Position numbers and translations under genes: made by a program. A stretch of DNA of 64,000 nt, from the sequence record AP019418.1. One strand, written 5' to 3'. Shown here piece after piece: positions 1 to 10,573 of the stretch; the first letter of the stretch is position 1; every line of letters begins with the position of its first letter. Below the pieces are notes generated by a model that saw nothing but the letters and a program-made list of their open reading frames with translations, did no database searches and was not told where the DNA came from.

Positions 1-715
1 TTAACTGTTCTTGAATATATTCTACTGCGATGTTATATGCATGGTTAGTGGTGATGTGGTCTTTATTTAAAGTATAGCTACCACCATTAGCAAGAGATAG
101 CTGAGTTTTACGCCTAGATTCGTAGATACTATAACCTAGTGTTTGTAAATTAATTCTGTCAAAGCCATGGAAGAATGTACGGAGAAATTCACTAAATAAA
201 TAGTTTAATGGGTTCAGTAGGTTAAGTGATACCACTGCATGATCATCACCATTATCAATCCCATGGACACGATCATATTCCGCGATACGATAATCTTTGC
301 CACTGATTAAAGTTATAACTGAACCAGCTTTAACTACATCCCATTGGATCCATGTACCGCTATCGATATATTTAGCTACTTGTTTATAGATATCTAGATA
401 GATAGTTTCTAGATAAGGTAGTTTCATTAGATTTTCTACCCAAGCAACTTTATTACTATCTACGTCAGTTACAGCACAATTAAAAATAGCTGCTGCCATC
501 TTAAGATTGGTGTACTGGTCTTTGGCTGTTTTATATGAAACTAAACTCTCTACTATATTTTCAACCATTAGATGTAAAAACTGTTGAGCCACATCTTTAC
601 TCAATTTCACCCCAATCGCTTCATCAATTGAAGCTGAAGCTGTAAGCTGACCTAGTAAATCGTATATTGCTTTTTCTTGGTGGCGCGTATCAAGTACAAT
701 GAGCTTATTCGACAT
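1..715 (-). CDS. hypothetical protein, partial (runs off window edge)
   Basis: ATG at 715 with GGAG upstream; frame (MSNKLIVLDTRHQEKAIY...) stays open to position 1; absent from ORF track because no stop lies in the window. Confidence 0.7.
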   Translation of the reverse strand, partial: MSNKLIVLDTRHQEKAIYDLLGQLTASASIDEAIGVKLSKDVAQQFLHLMVENIVESLVSYKTAKDQYTNLKMAAAIFNCAVTDVDSNKVAWVENLMKLPYLETIYLDIYKQVAKYIDSGTWIQWDVVKAGSVITLISGKDYRIAEYDRVHGIDNGDDHAVVSLNLLNPLNYLFSEFLRTFFHGFDRINLQTLGYSIYESRRKTQLSLANGGSYTLNKDHITTNHAYNIAVEYIQEQL

Positions 716-728
716 TATATTTCTCCAA

Positions 729-1157
729 TTAATTTTTTGGAATAGCGATCCAAACTGTGTTCTTTAACCGATAAAATATTACAAACTTACCTGCATTTAC
801 TCTAGGTATAATTTTTAATATATCCCAAAGATCAGATGCGGCCTCATGATTATCATGAAACCATTGGATTTCTTGAGGGGTGTTATTTATTGGATTATAT
901 CCAGTAGTATACATGAATTCAAAAGAGTCAATAGAATATTTAAAGAAGTCATCAATTAAGCTGTCCTCTACTGATTTAAATATATGCTCTAATGTACCAT
1001 AGTCATCTGGATGTATTCCAAAGCTTTGGCACCTAATTGCTAAACGAGCATTTATTAGCTCTTTTGGCGATCTTGGTACTAACTTGGCTATCACCCTCGT
1101 TACATCTATTACATACAGGTCAGCTACTTGGGGAGTAGTCACAGTACAATCTCTCAT
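729..1157 (-). CDS. hypothetical protein
   Basis: 142-aa ORF co-oriented with neighbours. Confidence 0.65.
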   Translation of the reverse strand: MRDCTVTTPQVADLYVIDVTRVIAKLVPRSPKELINARLAIRCQSFGIHPDDYGTLEHIFKSVEDSLIDDFFKYSIDSFEFMYTTGYNPINNTPQEIQWFHDNHEAASDLWDILKIIPRVNAGKFVIFYRLKNTVWIAIPKN

Positions 1158-1284
1158 TAAATGTTCAGGAACATGATATAGATCTAAAAATATTTTTAGT
1201 CAAATCTGTTCGTGGTAAGCCGATGTATATTATACCTTAGTTGGGTATTATCTCCATCGAAAAAACGCGTACAGCGCATTATAG

Positions 1285-2094
<810 letters not shown>

Positions 2095-2119
2095 AAAAAA
2101 ATAAAAAAAAAGACATAAT

Positions 2120-2140
2120 GCCCTCCCATTGCGGGAGGGC
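2120..2140. terminator. GC hairpin terminator between convergent genes
   Basis: GCCCTCCC-ATTGC-GGGAGGGC with adjacent A-tract. Confidence 0.8.
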
Positions 2141-2203
2141 TTATGCCATTAAGATAATATCTAAATAACACTATATTTAAAAACATACTGGTATAACCCA
2201 TCA

Positions 2204-2431
2204 TCAATTAATACTGTTGAGAATCTTTTTGATGAGATCACCAGGTGCAATACCAATACCTGAACAATACCGTCTAAAGTTATTACACGGTTGACATGCT
2301 TTCTTTTCAACGATATTTAATTCAAAGCAAATATTGCCACGTGAATCTAGAATGGATATAAATGCTTTGTTACCTGTTACGCGATATGTCTTACCGAATA
2401 CAACAGTTGTTTTATATGCAAGGCTATTCAT
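2204..2431 (-). CDS. small early hypothetical protein (75 aa, CxxC)
   Basis: AAAGGA RBS before ATG at 2431; early promoter lies inside the longer track ORF, so the start is revised. Confidence 0.6.
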   Translation of the reverse strand: MNSLAYKTTVVFGKTYRVTGNKAFISILDSRGNICFELNIVEKKACQPCNNFRRYCSGIGIAPGDLIKKILNSIN

Positions 2432-2465
2432 GATTATTCCTTTAACATGGATTATTATCATGTTT

Positions 2466-2482
2466 GTAATATAGCCTTTAAA
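2466..2482 (-). promoter_or_regulatory. phiKZ-type early promoter
   Basis: TTTAAAGGCTATATTAC on minus strand matches TTTaA-N4-TATATTAC. Confidence 0.7.
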
Positions 2483-2498
2483 TGTATTTAAATATTTA

Positions 2499-2786
2499 TT
2501 AAACCCCATAGCGATGAGCTATATATGTTTTTAATACCTCATATGCCTTATCAGTTGCCATGGAACTATTGACAAAATCAGAATGATCAATCTTAATAAT
2601 CTTACCGAATGAATCATAATCGATAGTTGTAACTGCTATTCGATCACTATCACGGATCAATAGTTTATTTTTATTTAAAACAAAAATATTCCATTTCTCG
2701 CCATCGGCTAAAATAACATCCTCATCTTTAAGATTAAGACGAACAAACTGTTTTACATAAATACTTAACTGAGCAACTGTTGACAT
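2499..2786 (-). CDS. hypothetical protein
   Basis: 95-aa ORF in coupled minus-strand run. Confidence 0.65.
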   Translation of the reverse strand: MSTVAQLSIYVKQFVRLNLKDEDVILADGEKWNIFVLNKNKLLIRDSDRIAVTTIDYDSFGKIIKIDHSDFVNSSMATDKAYEVLKTYIAHRYGV

Positions 2787-3097
2787 AATGATTTCTCGAT
2801 ATCTGTTAATGAAATAATCATATCTTGGACATTGATGGTAATAACATTTTTATAAGTTAAATAAGTTGGATATGAACCCATAAATGTAATAGTCCCACAG
2901 ATATGATTTTTATATCTAATATCAACACATCCGTCATATCTCCAGATAAAATCAAATGATCCTTTAGTGTGGTGTTCAAGTGAAAGAATAGAACCACTAA
3001 CTAATTTAGGATATTGTTCAAATTCAGACATTACATAATCTGCCAGTTCCTTAACCTCAGGATAATCAATCAATAATAGCATATACGTAAATCTCAA
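2765..3097 (-). CDS. hypothetical protein
   Basis: 110-aa ORF overlapping neighbours. Confidence 0.65.
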   Translation of the reverse strand: MRFTYMLLLIDYPEVKELADYVMSEFEQYPKLVSGSILSLEHHTKGSFDFIWRYDGCVDIRYKNHICGTITFMGSYPTYLTYKNVITINVQDMIISLTDIEKSLCQQLLS

Positions 3098-3567
3098 TTA
3101 GTTAATATAACACCCCATCCAGGGTGGACTCTTTCGAAAAATGGTAATGTATTATTTCGTATACTGTCTGCATCTATATTTGGAATGTGGATGGTACAAC
3201 AGTGGGGGTTACTGTCAATCTTGAAATAGAAATTATCTTTTAAATCTTCAACCTTGGATGTTTGCAATGGATATAAAATACCATTCCCCCAAACATACCA
3301 ACGTCTATACAGCTTATCGTTTAACCGCTTCTCAATAACCGAATGCGATTTGAAACGAGGAACTCGCAAACGCATCCCGTTTACTTCAGCCCATTTGTCT
3401 ACCCGATCATAGCTAATAATTCCATCCTTAACCATTACAAAGATAAATCCCTCAACTATGTTGGGGAGACGAACTACGTGTTTCAGAACCATAGTAAACG
3501 GAGATAACGTCAGATCAAGTTCAGCTGCCATTTGCTCGTCGAGCTTTTTAGCAGTGTTCTTTGCCAT
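3094..3567 (-). CDS. hypothetical protein
   Basis: 157-aa ORF, AGGAG RBS. Confidence 0.7.
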   Translation of the reverse strand: MAKNTAKKLDEQMAAELDLTLSPFTMVLKHVVRLPNIVEGFIFVMVKDGIISYDRVDKWAEVNGMRLRVPRFKSHSVIEKRLNDKLYRRWYVWGNGILYPLQTSKVEDLKDNFYFKIDSNPHCCTIHIPNIDADSIRNNTLPFFERVHPGWGVILTN

Positions 3568-3606
3568 CGGTTATCTCCTAATATACAGATTATTAATTAT
3601 CGCTAG

Positions 3607-4089
3607 TTATTTAATATCTGCAAAATTCTGATTTACTTTACCCATAAAAATACCATCGGCTCTATCGTCATAATAAAGCTTCCCTGCTTTAGCATTACAT
3701 AAAACTCCATAAATGTGACCATTGTAACCATCAAAATTAAATAAAGATGGATTATGCGGTACATGAATGAATCCCATTTTATCGCACAGAAACTTAGCTA
3801 CAGCAGCCGATCGGCTAATACCTGCCTCACAGTGTACGAATAGGTGTTGACCCTTACCAAGAGCTTCACAGAAGGAAATAATACGTTGTGCATGCCGATG
3901 ATCAAATAGATCATAAGAAGAATCAACATAATCCTCAATGTCATCAACATTGATACGTAAATAATTAAGATGTTTTGCTGAATAAAGTGGGACTCTACCT
4001 TTCTCCAGTAGACAGATCATATTTCTAGGGGAATAAAATGATTCAGCTACATGCAAAGGAATATAAGTAACTGTATTTACTGGTTTCAT
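3607..4089 (-). CDS. protein-tyrosine/dual-specificity phosphatase-like protein
   Basis: CX5R signature VHCEAGISRSAAVA; GAGG RBS. Confidence 0.8.
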   Translation of the reverse strand: MKPVNTVTYIPLHVAESFYSPRNMICLLEKGRVPLYSAKHLNYLRINVDDIEDYVDSSYDLFDHRHAQRIISFCEALGKGQHLFVHCEAGISRSAAVAKFLCDKMGFIHVPHNPSLFNFDGYNGHIYGVLCNAKAGKLYYDDRADGIFMGKVNQNFADIK

Positions 4090-4117
4090 ATTACACCTCG
4101 TTACAAAAAAAATAAAA

Positions 4118-4135
4118 GGAGCCCCGAAGGGCTCC
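4118..4135 (-). terminator. terminator after phuZ
   Basis: GGAGCCC-CGAA-GGGCTCC (UUCG loop on minus strand) followed by U-tract on minus strand. Confidence 0.85.
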
Positions 4136-4143
4136 AGTATAAG

Positions 4144-5127
4144 TTAATCGAATACAAGACCACTACTAGTTGCTTGGTCATCCACATCTAGAGTAGACTG
4201 ACGCTTACGCATATTAGCTTTGGCTCGATTCATCATTTCACGACGTTCTTCTAATCGTTTTCGAATATCTTCAACAGATAGACTAGTGATCACAAAATGC
4301 ATTTGATCGAAATCATATTTCTCGGGATCAGCATAACCAGTAGTACGAGTTAAAACAGTGTTAATGGATACTTCGCGATCAGGGTCAGTGTATAGTGAAG
4401 CAATAGAAATTGGATCCAGAATAGCCTGGGCTTCTTGACGATCAAAACACACGTGTAATTGGACAGTCTGTACAGGTACATCATGGTGTTTATGGAAGTG
4501 TGCCCAGTTAGTGATATCCATTAGATCAAGACTTTGGTGTTCTTGATTAAATAGAGTTACTAGTGCATCTAGCACTTCAAGAATGTTTTGGTTCACCATT
4601 GACTGCGGTACACCTTCAACATTCTCATGGTAGTTAATAATCATCGGAACTTTACTAACAGAGGAAACCCCTTCAAACGTCTTAAGGCTACCACTACTAT
4701 TTCGAAGACTAATATCACTGTCGTAAGATCCAATGACTACACTTACAACTACTTCACCTTGTTGTTGTAGATGACTAACAAGGGAAGGACCAATAGTTGA
4801 ACCAGAAGCGCCACCCATTGAATACACTACAATGTTAGCATCCCCTGCTGGGAAATGATGGGCAATGGCAGGAATGTGTGAAGAGATTAGTTCTGCGGCT
4901 GCCTTACGATCTTTACCCATACCGATAGCCCGTTTACGTGCGGTCTGGTCAGCTAGCTTAGTATCCGCTTCAATAATGATCGTATTATCATCAGTATTAT
5001 GTTTGTGTTTATTTTGTACACTGGTATCAATGTAGCAAACATCCTCATGATAACCATGGAATAGTTCACCAATACGGAAACCAGCACCACCACAAAAGTA
5101 AATTCGAGTTTTTACTTTAGACATCAT
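4144..5127 (-). CDS. phuZ: PhuZ phage tubulin (phiKZ gp039-like)
   Basis: 327 aa; YFCGGAGFRIG and tubulin signature SMGGASGSTIG; C-terminal tail ending GLVFD. Confidence 0.95.
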   Translation of the reverse strand: MMSKVKTRIYFCGGAGFRIGELFHGYHEDVCYIDTSVQNKHKHNTDDNTIIIEADTKLADQTARKRAIGMGKDRKAAAELISSHIPAIAHHFPAGDANIVVYSMGGASGSTIGPSLVSHLQQQGEVVVSVVIGSYDSDISLRNSSGSLKTFEGVSSVSKVPMIINYHENVEGVPQSMVNQNILEVLDALVTLFNQEHQSLDLMDITNWAHFHKHHDVPVQTVQLHVCFDRQEAQAILDPISIASLYTDPDREVSINTVLTRTTGYADPEKYDFDQMHFVITSLSVEDIRKRLEERREMMNRAKANMRKRQSTLDVDDQATSSGLVFD

Positions 5128-5177
5128 TACACCTCATTGTGATTAATATAATTTCATATACCAACTTGTAAATGGTA

Positions 5178-5690
5178 TCAGTGCTTAAAAGTAACGATCT
5201 CTTCATGAGTTCGTTCTTGATGAACAATTAATTCATTAACCACTTTACCAATATCTGATTTAAATTCAATTGCAAGCTTATCTCGACACATATAGGTTTG
5301 CCAAGTGCCACCGGACTTAACACAATCAATAATCATGTTTAGTACATTCTTAACTTCAATCTTACTGACTTTATAACGGTAAATACTTAGAAGTTCAGTA
5401 AGCCATTTCGTTTTTGGGATTTTGGCATTTTTACGTTCTTTAGAAATATCAAAAGGAATTAATGCAATGATCTCACCATCTTTGTTAGTGAATTCAAATA
5501 CCATACCTTTTGTGTTAGCTAAAGGACGAATGTTATAATTACCTTTAACACTGCATACTTCTTCAGATAACTTAACTAACCTATCTAGTTGAACATCAGA
5601 TGCATGAATGTTATCTTCTTTAAATGCTTTCTTTAGTTCATCATGAGTTAGTGGAGTACGTACTAGAGTGTAATCTTTCTGTTCAGTCAT
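5178..5690 (-). CDS. hypothetical protein (gp038 position)
   Basis: 170-aa ORF between dip and phuZ. Confidence 0.75.
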   Translation of the reverse strand: MTEQKDYTLVRTPLTHDELKKAFKEDNIHASDVQLDRLVKLSEEVCSVKGNYNIRPLANTKGMVFEFTNKDGEIIALIPFDISKERKNAKIPKTKWLTELLSIYRYKVSKIEVKNVLNMIIDCVKSGGTWQTYMCRDKLAIEFKSDIGKVVNELIVHQERTHEEIVTFKH

Positions 5691-5937
5691 TTTTCATTTT
5701 TTCCAATTTTTCTATTTTCAAATTAAACGGTATTGGCTTTTTATAGCCAATCCCTTATTACTAAAAGTAATAGATTCTCGAACTAAGGATGGGTTATACC
5801 CCTTCTCTAATAATAAGGAATATTATATGGGACCCCCCCAAAGGGTCCCCCCCACATAATATACTATTTATATAATTTTCTTTTTAGAAGAAAAGAGATA
5901 AATAAGAGAAATACAGTCTATTAAAGTAATGAATTTC

Positions 5938-6759
5938 TCAAAAATTAAATAGTACACCGCGCGTCCGTTGCGTCGGATTGGCCTGCCGGACGATGGTCCG
6001 GATGTGCGGTAATAGCGGGTTTTTCAAAAATACTTGCATCGCGGTTGAATTGAGCGGTTGATTATAACGTGTGATCTTAATAGTAAATAGAACTTCTTCA
6101 ACATCTGAATGACATCCTTCGAAACTAAAATATACTTCAGTCCGATCAATAAACTGATACATTTCTACAGCTGGTTCAGCTGGATCTTTAAAGGCCAGCT
6201 TATTAGCGAAATAATCAGTATGGGCTAGAATTAATTCTTTTACATTAATTGCATTCTTCTTATCAACAAGGAATTCAAACTCTTCAAGGTTATCTGTTTT
6301 GAAAATACCTTGATAAGATGACGACTCGATTAGTTCATCACTGATATCATCAACATGAACGCCTGGCATAAATTCAATGACTGGTAGAATAAGCTTGTTA
6401 CCTCCTACGCCGTCAGCGATATGAATTCCAATCACATTACCATCACTAATGTATTCGTCATTACCGCAAATAACGGCACCAGCCGCTAGATATAAATTAT
6501 CAACATATTTCAGATTATCGGCAATAATGCGAGATAGTACATATTCTCGCACCATGGCATCATCTGGACTTGACTGCGGTTTAAAAGTATAGTGGGTGTT
6601 ATGACTACTCATGGTCGCACATGTAACAAAAACTGAAATATCTACTGGATTAAAAATCCAATGAACAGAGATATCCTCTAATTTATGTGGATGATGTAAA
6701 CCATCTAGCTTAGATAGGGCTTGGAGTTGTTCTTCCCAGGTGATGTTAAATTGAGTCAT
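5938..6759 (-). CDS. dip: Dip, degradosome-interacting protein (RNase E inhibitor, phiKZ gp037-like)
   Basis: 273 aa from MTQFNITWEEQLQALSKLDGLHHPHKLEDIS, recognised as the Dip N-terminus; GAGG RBS; synteny with phuZ. Confidence 0.9.
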   Translation of the reverse strand: MTQFNITWEEQLQALSKLDGLHHPHKLEDISVHWIFNPVDISVFVTCATMSSHNTHYTFKPQSSPDDAMVREYVLSRIIADNLKYVDNLYLAAGAVICGNDEYISDGNVIGIHIADGVGGNKLILPVIEFMPGVHVDDISDELIESSSYQGIFKTDNLEEFEFLVDKKNAINVKELILAHTDYFANKLAFKDPAEPAVEMYQFIDRTEVYFSFEGCHSDVEEVLFTIKITRYNQPLNSTAMQVFLKNPLLPHIRTIVRQANPTQRTRGVLFNF

Positions 6760-6795
6760 TTTTTCTAACCTCTTCATTTATTAAAAATAATACAC

Positions 6796-7608
6796 TTATT
6801 TTACTTTAGCAGTTGATACTTCACATACATTAACTAATTGTTCAAATAACGGTTCATTATCTGGATCATTAACTAATTTTGATGTATTAATAATAATACC
6901 AGAATACAGCATATCAGCTGCATCTCGATCACTTGTTTTGCTGGTTACACCTTCCCACTTCCATCCATAGTAAATTAAATCAAATGATGAACCAATGTTA
7001 AAGGTTGATTGAATAAATTTGCATGTACCATTTTCTTTTAACCAATCAGGCCTATATGGTTCATTTTTATAAAATTCATGCATGAGTACTTTAAAATCAG
7101 TTTTAATGTTTTCATGAATAATGCAATCAATAGAATTAAGAGCTTCATCAAGAGCTGATTTAGACTCAATAATGATTTCTGATACATTGGCAGATTTTAG
7201 TGTAATCATGCCTAGTTCATCTGAGTGTGCTCTTCCGATTTGAAATACATTGAGCTTACCAATTGGTAAGGTGGCTTTTAATGGCAGATTAGTATAGTGA
7301 GATACATCGCTTTTATAACTGTCTTCATATGACTCAATTAAATTAAGCCATGCTCTTTCAATACGTGTATTCTCAAAATGCTGTTCTTCTTCTAGTAGTC
7401 TAGAAATTAGATGATTAATGTATTGAACATTATGGCCAGTACCTGTAATTGAATTATATTTCGTATTACCGGTAATTCCCCATTTATTATTTTCTTTATT
7501 TATCCAACCGTAGATTACACTGTTTTTAGGATATTTATTTTTAAAATTATCGTATATTTCTTTTAGATGTGGATTAGGGGTAAAACTAAAAGTAGTTGAT
7601 TCAGTCAT
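6796..7608 (-). CDS. hypothetical early protein (gp036 position)
   Basis: 270-aa ORF directly downstream of an early promoter. Confidence 0.75.
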   Translation of the reverse strand: MTESTTFSFTPNPHLKEIYDNFKNKYPKNSVIYGWINKENNKWGITGNTKYNSITGTGHNVQYINHLISRLLEEEQHFENTRIERAWLNLIESYEDSYKSDVSHYTNLPLKATLPIGKLNVFQIGRAHSDELGMITLKSANVSEIIIESKSALDEALNSIDCIIHENIKTDFKVLMHEFYKNEPYRPDWLKENGTCKFIQSTFNIGSSFDLIYYGWKWEGVTSKTSDRDAADMLYSGIIINTSKLVNDPDNEPLFEQLVNVCEVSTAKVK

Positions 7609-7648
7609 TATAGATACCTATTTGAATATTGTTTATTATTGCAAATAT

Positions 7649-7665
7649 GTAATATAGATCTTAAA
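7649..7665 (-). promoter_or_regulatory. phiKZ-type early promoter for the gp036-dip unit
   Basis: TTTAAGATCTATATTAC on minus strand; identical 17-mer at 59729. Confidence 0.8.
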
Positions 7666-7687
7666 CTTTTTTTAACTCAGCATAAAG

Positions 7688-7705
7688 CCTCCCCTAGGGG
7701 AGGCA
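7688..7705 (-). terminator. GC hairpin terminator
   Basis: GCCTCCC-CTAG-GGGAGGC flanked by CATAA and TATG. Confidence 0.75.
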
Positions 7706-7711
7706 ATATGT

Positions 7712-8527
7712 TCATTTATCTATTTCAGCGTTTGGATCATACCAAGGTAATAAACTTAGTAATGCCGGTTGTTGTTTCTTCATATCCTCTAAGATTGTTG
7801 CTTCACTTGCACCTTCTAACATAGTGGTGAAAGTAATCATGTTCTTAGAGTTATATATCGGACGTAGACCATTACCAAAGAATTTTACCTGTTGAACCAT
7901 TATTTTGAAATCAGGGTTATCGACTACATCTGGGATATAGATAGCAGGTGGCGCACTGAAATAACGTTTAATTAACTCAATAGCCCAATACGTTGGTAAA
8001 TCACCAAACTGTGATTTCACTGTAGCTAGGTTTAATTGGAATGCTTTAGGTTCTTCAGGCGGTGGTTCCACCGGATCAACTGGATCAGTGGGTTCTTCAG
8101 GGTCAGTAGGTTCAGTTGGCTCTTCAGGATCCTCTGGATCGCCTTCTGTTGGCTTTTCTTCAGATGTGCCACCATCAGGGTCACCTGAACCATCATCATC
8201 TTCAACGGGCTCCTCAGGCGTTTCTATAGGCTCCTTCGGATCTTCCTGATTCTCCGATAGATCGGGCTCTTCTGATTCCCCATCTCCATTTGCTTCAGTA
8301 GAAGACGTGTCTTCTGATTCTTCATCTGTTGTCGAGTCAGTTGCGGCTGTGCTTTCTGAATCGGCAGTGGTATTTTCATTTTCACTTGATTCAGTAGAAA
8401 CAATTTCAGTAGGAGTGGTTTCAAGTTCATTGACACTATCCTCTGCATTAGTTACTTCATTAGGGATTTCACTAATTTCTGATAATGTTACTGGTGCACT
8501 TACTGCGCGAGCTTTTCGTTTAGCCAT
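7712..8527 (-). CDS. acidic low-complexity virion protein (gp035-like, putative capsid vertex decoration)
   Basis: Long E/D/P/T-rich disordered region with PEEPT-like repeats plus about 110-aa globular C-terminus; gp number by gene order. Confidence 0.65.
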   Translation of the reverse strand: MAKRKARAVSAPVTLSEISEIPNEVTNAEDSVNELETTPTEIVSTESSENENTTADSESTAATDSTTDEESEDTSSTEANGDGESEEPDLSENQEDPKEPIETPEEPVEDDDGSGDPDGGTSEEKPTEGDPEDPEEPTEPTDPEEPTDPVDPVEPPPEEPKAFQLNLATVKSQFGDLPTYWAIELIKRYFSAPPAIYIPDVVDNPDFKIMVQQVKFFGNGLRPIYNSKNMITFTTMLEGASEATILEDMKKQQPALLSLLPWYDPNAEIDK

Positions 8528-8536
8528 GGTTGTACC

Positions 8537-9316
<780 letters not shown>

Positions 9317-9373
9317 CTACAATTATATTTGAGTTATTGTACTACAGATGATAAAAGAGAAAATACATCATAA

Positions 9374-9395
9374 GCCCTCTCCTTATGGAGAGGGC
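9374..9395 (-). terminator. GC hairpin terminator
   Basis: GCCCTCTCC-TTAT-GGAGAGGGC. Confidence 0.75.
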
Positions 9396-9402
9396 ATTAT
9401 AT

Positions 9403-9606
9403 TTACATAGTGTTAAAACACGCATTAAATTTAGATAAAGAGCAACCAGTATAAATTAATGATTGCTCTAGTTGTATGATGACATCACCATTACTATCAA
9501 AATCAGCAGCAACAAAAGTAGATTCAGTTATCTTAAAAGTAGATGGTAGCATTTCTAAATAATTAAATATTGCTTGATTATCGATGTCATGAGGATTTAA
9601 ATCCAT
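9403..9606 (-). CDS. small hypothetical protein
   Basis: 67-aa ORF, AGGT RBS. Confidence 0.55.
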   Translation of the reverse strand: MDLNPHDIDNQAIFNYLEMLPSTFKITESTFVAADFDSNGDVIIQLEQSLIYTGCSLSKFNACFNTM

Positions 9607-9613
9607 ATGTTAC

Positions 9614-10483
9614 CTATACATAGATAGTTATGGACCAAATATTAACAGGGCTGCATAAGACAATTGTGATTAAATCTCCATGAGTTCTCTGATAATGGTT
9701 GGAACACATAACTTTGATTAACTTTAATTTTTTAGTTTCTTTATTTTGAATTTCTTCGATAAGTGATTCAATAAGATCAGTAGTAATAAGTGAATGACCA
9801 TCAATAAATGGTTTTATACTTACTAGCGAATCTTTGTTAAATAGAATTGCATCATCATATTCACATGTAGATGCGGTCTTGTATATGGATGCAACTTTAT
9901 TAACTTTGTCATCAGTGACTATAGAAAAATTAAATTCATTCTTAGTTTTACTTAACGATGTTTCAAATAATTTATATTTATCAATAATAGTTTTATTATC
10001 AATAAATGATTTCATTCCAATATTTAAATCTATGTCCAGGGTATAAGAATTATGTATTAATCCAACTGATAGTTGAGTTTCATTACCACTATTGTTAAAC
10101 TTAATATTATTAACTGAACATATCTGATTATTAATAAATGATAATAATAATTTAGAAATAGTTTTAATAACATTAACTTCATAATCATTATTAGTACAAG
10201 CAAGTGCAGTTGTCATGTATCGACTAACTTGACCAACATCTAGTTTCTGATAGGGACTATCACTATCTATCCATGGGTCAATAGTTAAATTAATCCTTAG
10301 ACTAGCTAGAATATCGGAAGATGTTTCAGAATAAATGAAAAACACATTATTGTTAAGATCATCTTTTAGCCAACCACTAGTTCTAAGATTTTCTAGATCT
10401 TTTTCATTAGATACCGATTGACTTAATTGCTGAATTAAACTAGGGTTAGCTAGGTTTAATAAACTAATCATTTTATAAACCAT
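9614..10483 (-). CDS. hypothetical protein (very AT-rich)
   Basis: 289-aa ORF, GAGGA RBS. Confidence 0.7.
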   Translation of the reverse strand: MVYKMISLLNLANPSLIQQLSQSVSNEKDLENLRTSGWLKDDLNNNVFFIYSETSSDILASLRINLTIDPWIDSDSPYQKLDVGQVSRYMTTALACTNNDYEVNVIKTISKLLLSFINNQICSVNNIKFNNSGNETQLSVGLIHNSYTLDIDLNIGMKSFIDNKTIIDKYKLFETSLSKTKNEFNFSIVTDDKVNKVASIYKTASTCEYDDAILFNKDSLVSIKPFIDGHSLITTDLIESLIEEIQNKETKKLKLIKVMCSNHYQRTHGDLITIVLCSPVNIWSITIYV

Positions 10484-10573
10484 TTTATTATCCTCTAATT
10501 TATGTAATTACATGGAATAAATAACATAAGTACTTTTATGACTTATGATTTGATTCTCCAGGAGGTTTTCCCA

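Noticed and set aside
5951-6060. GC patch in dip as a DGR variable region
   Set aside because: No template repeat or reverse transcriptase in the window; kept only as a compositional anomaly
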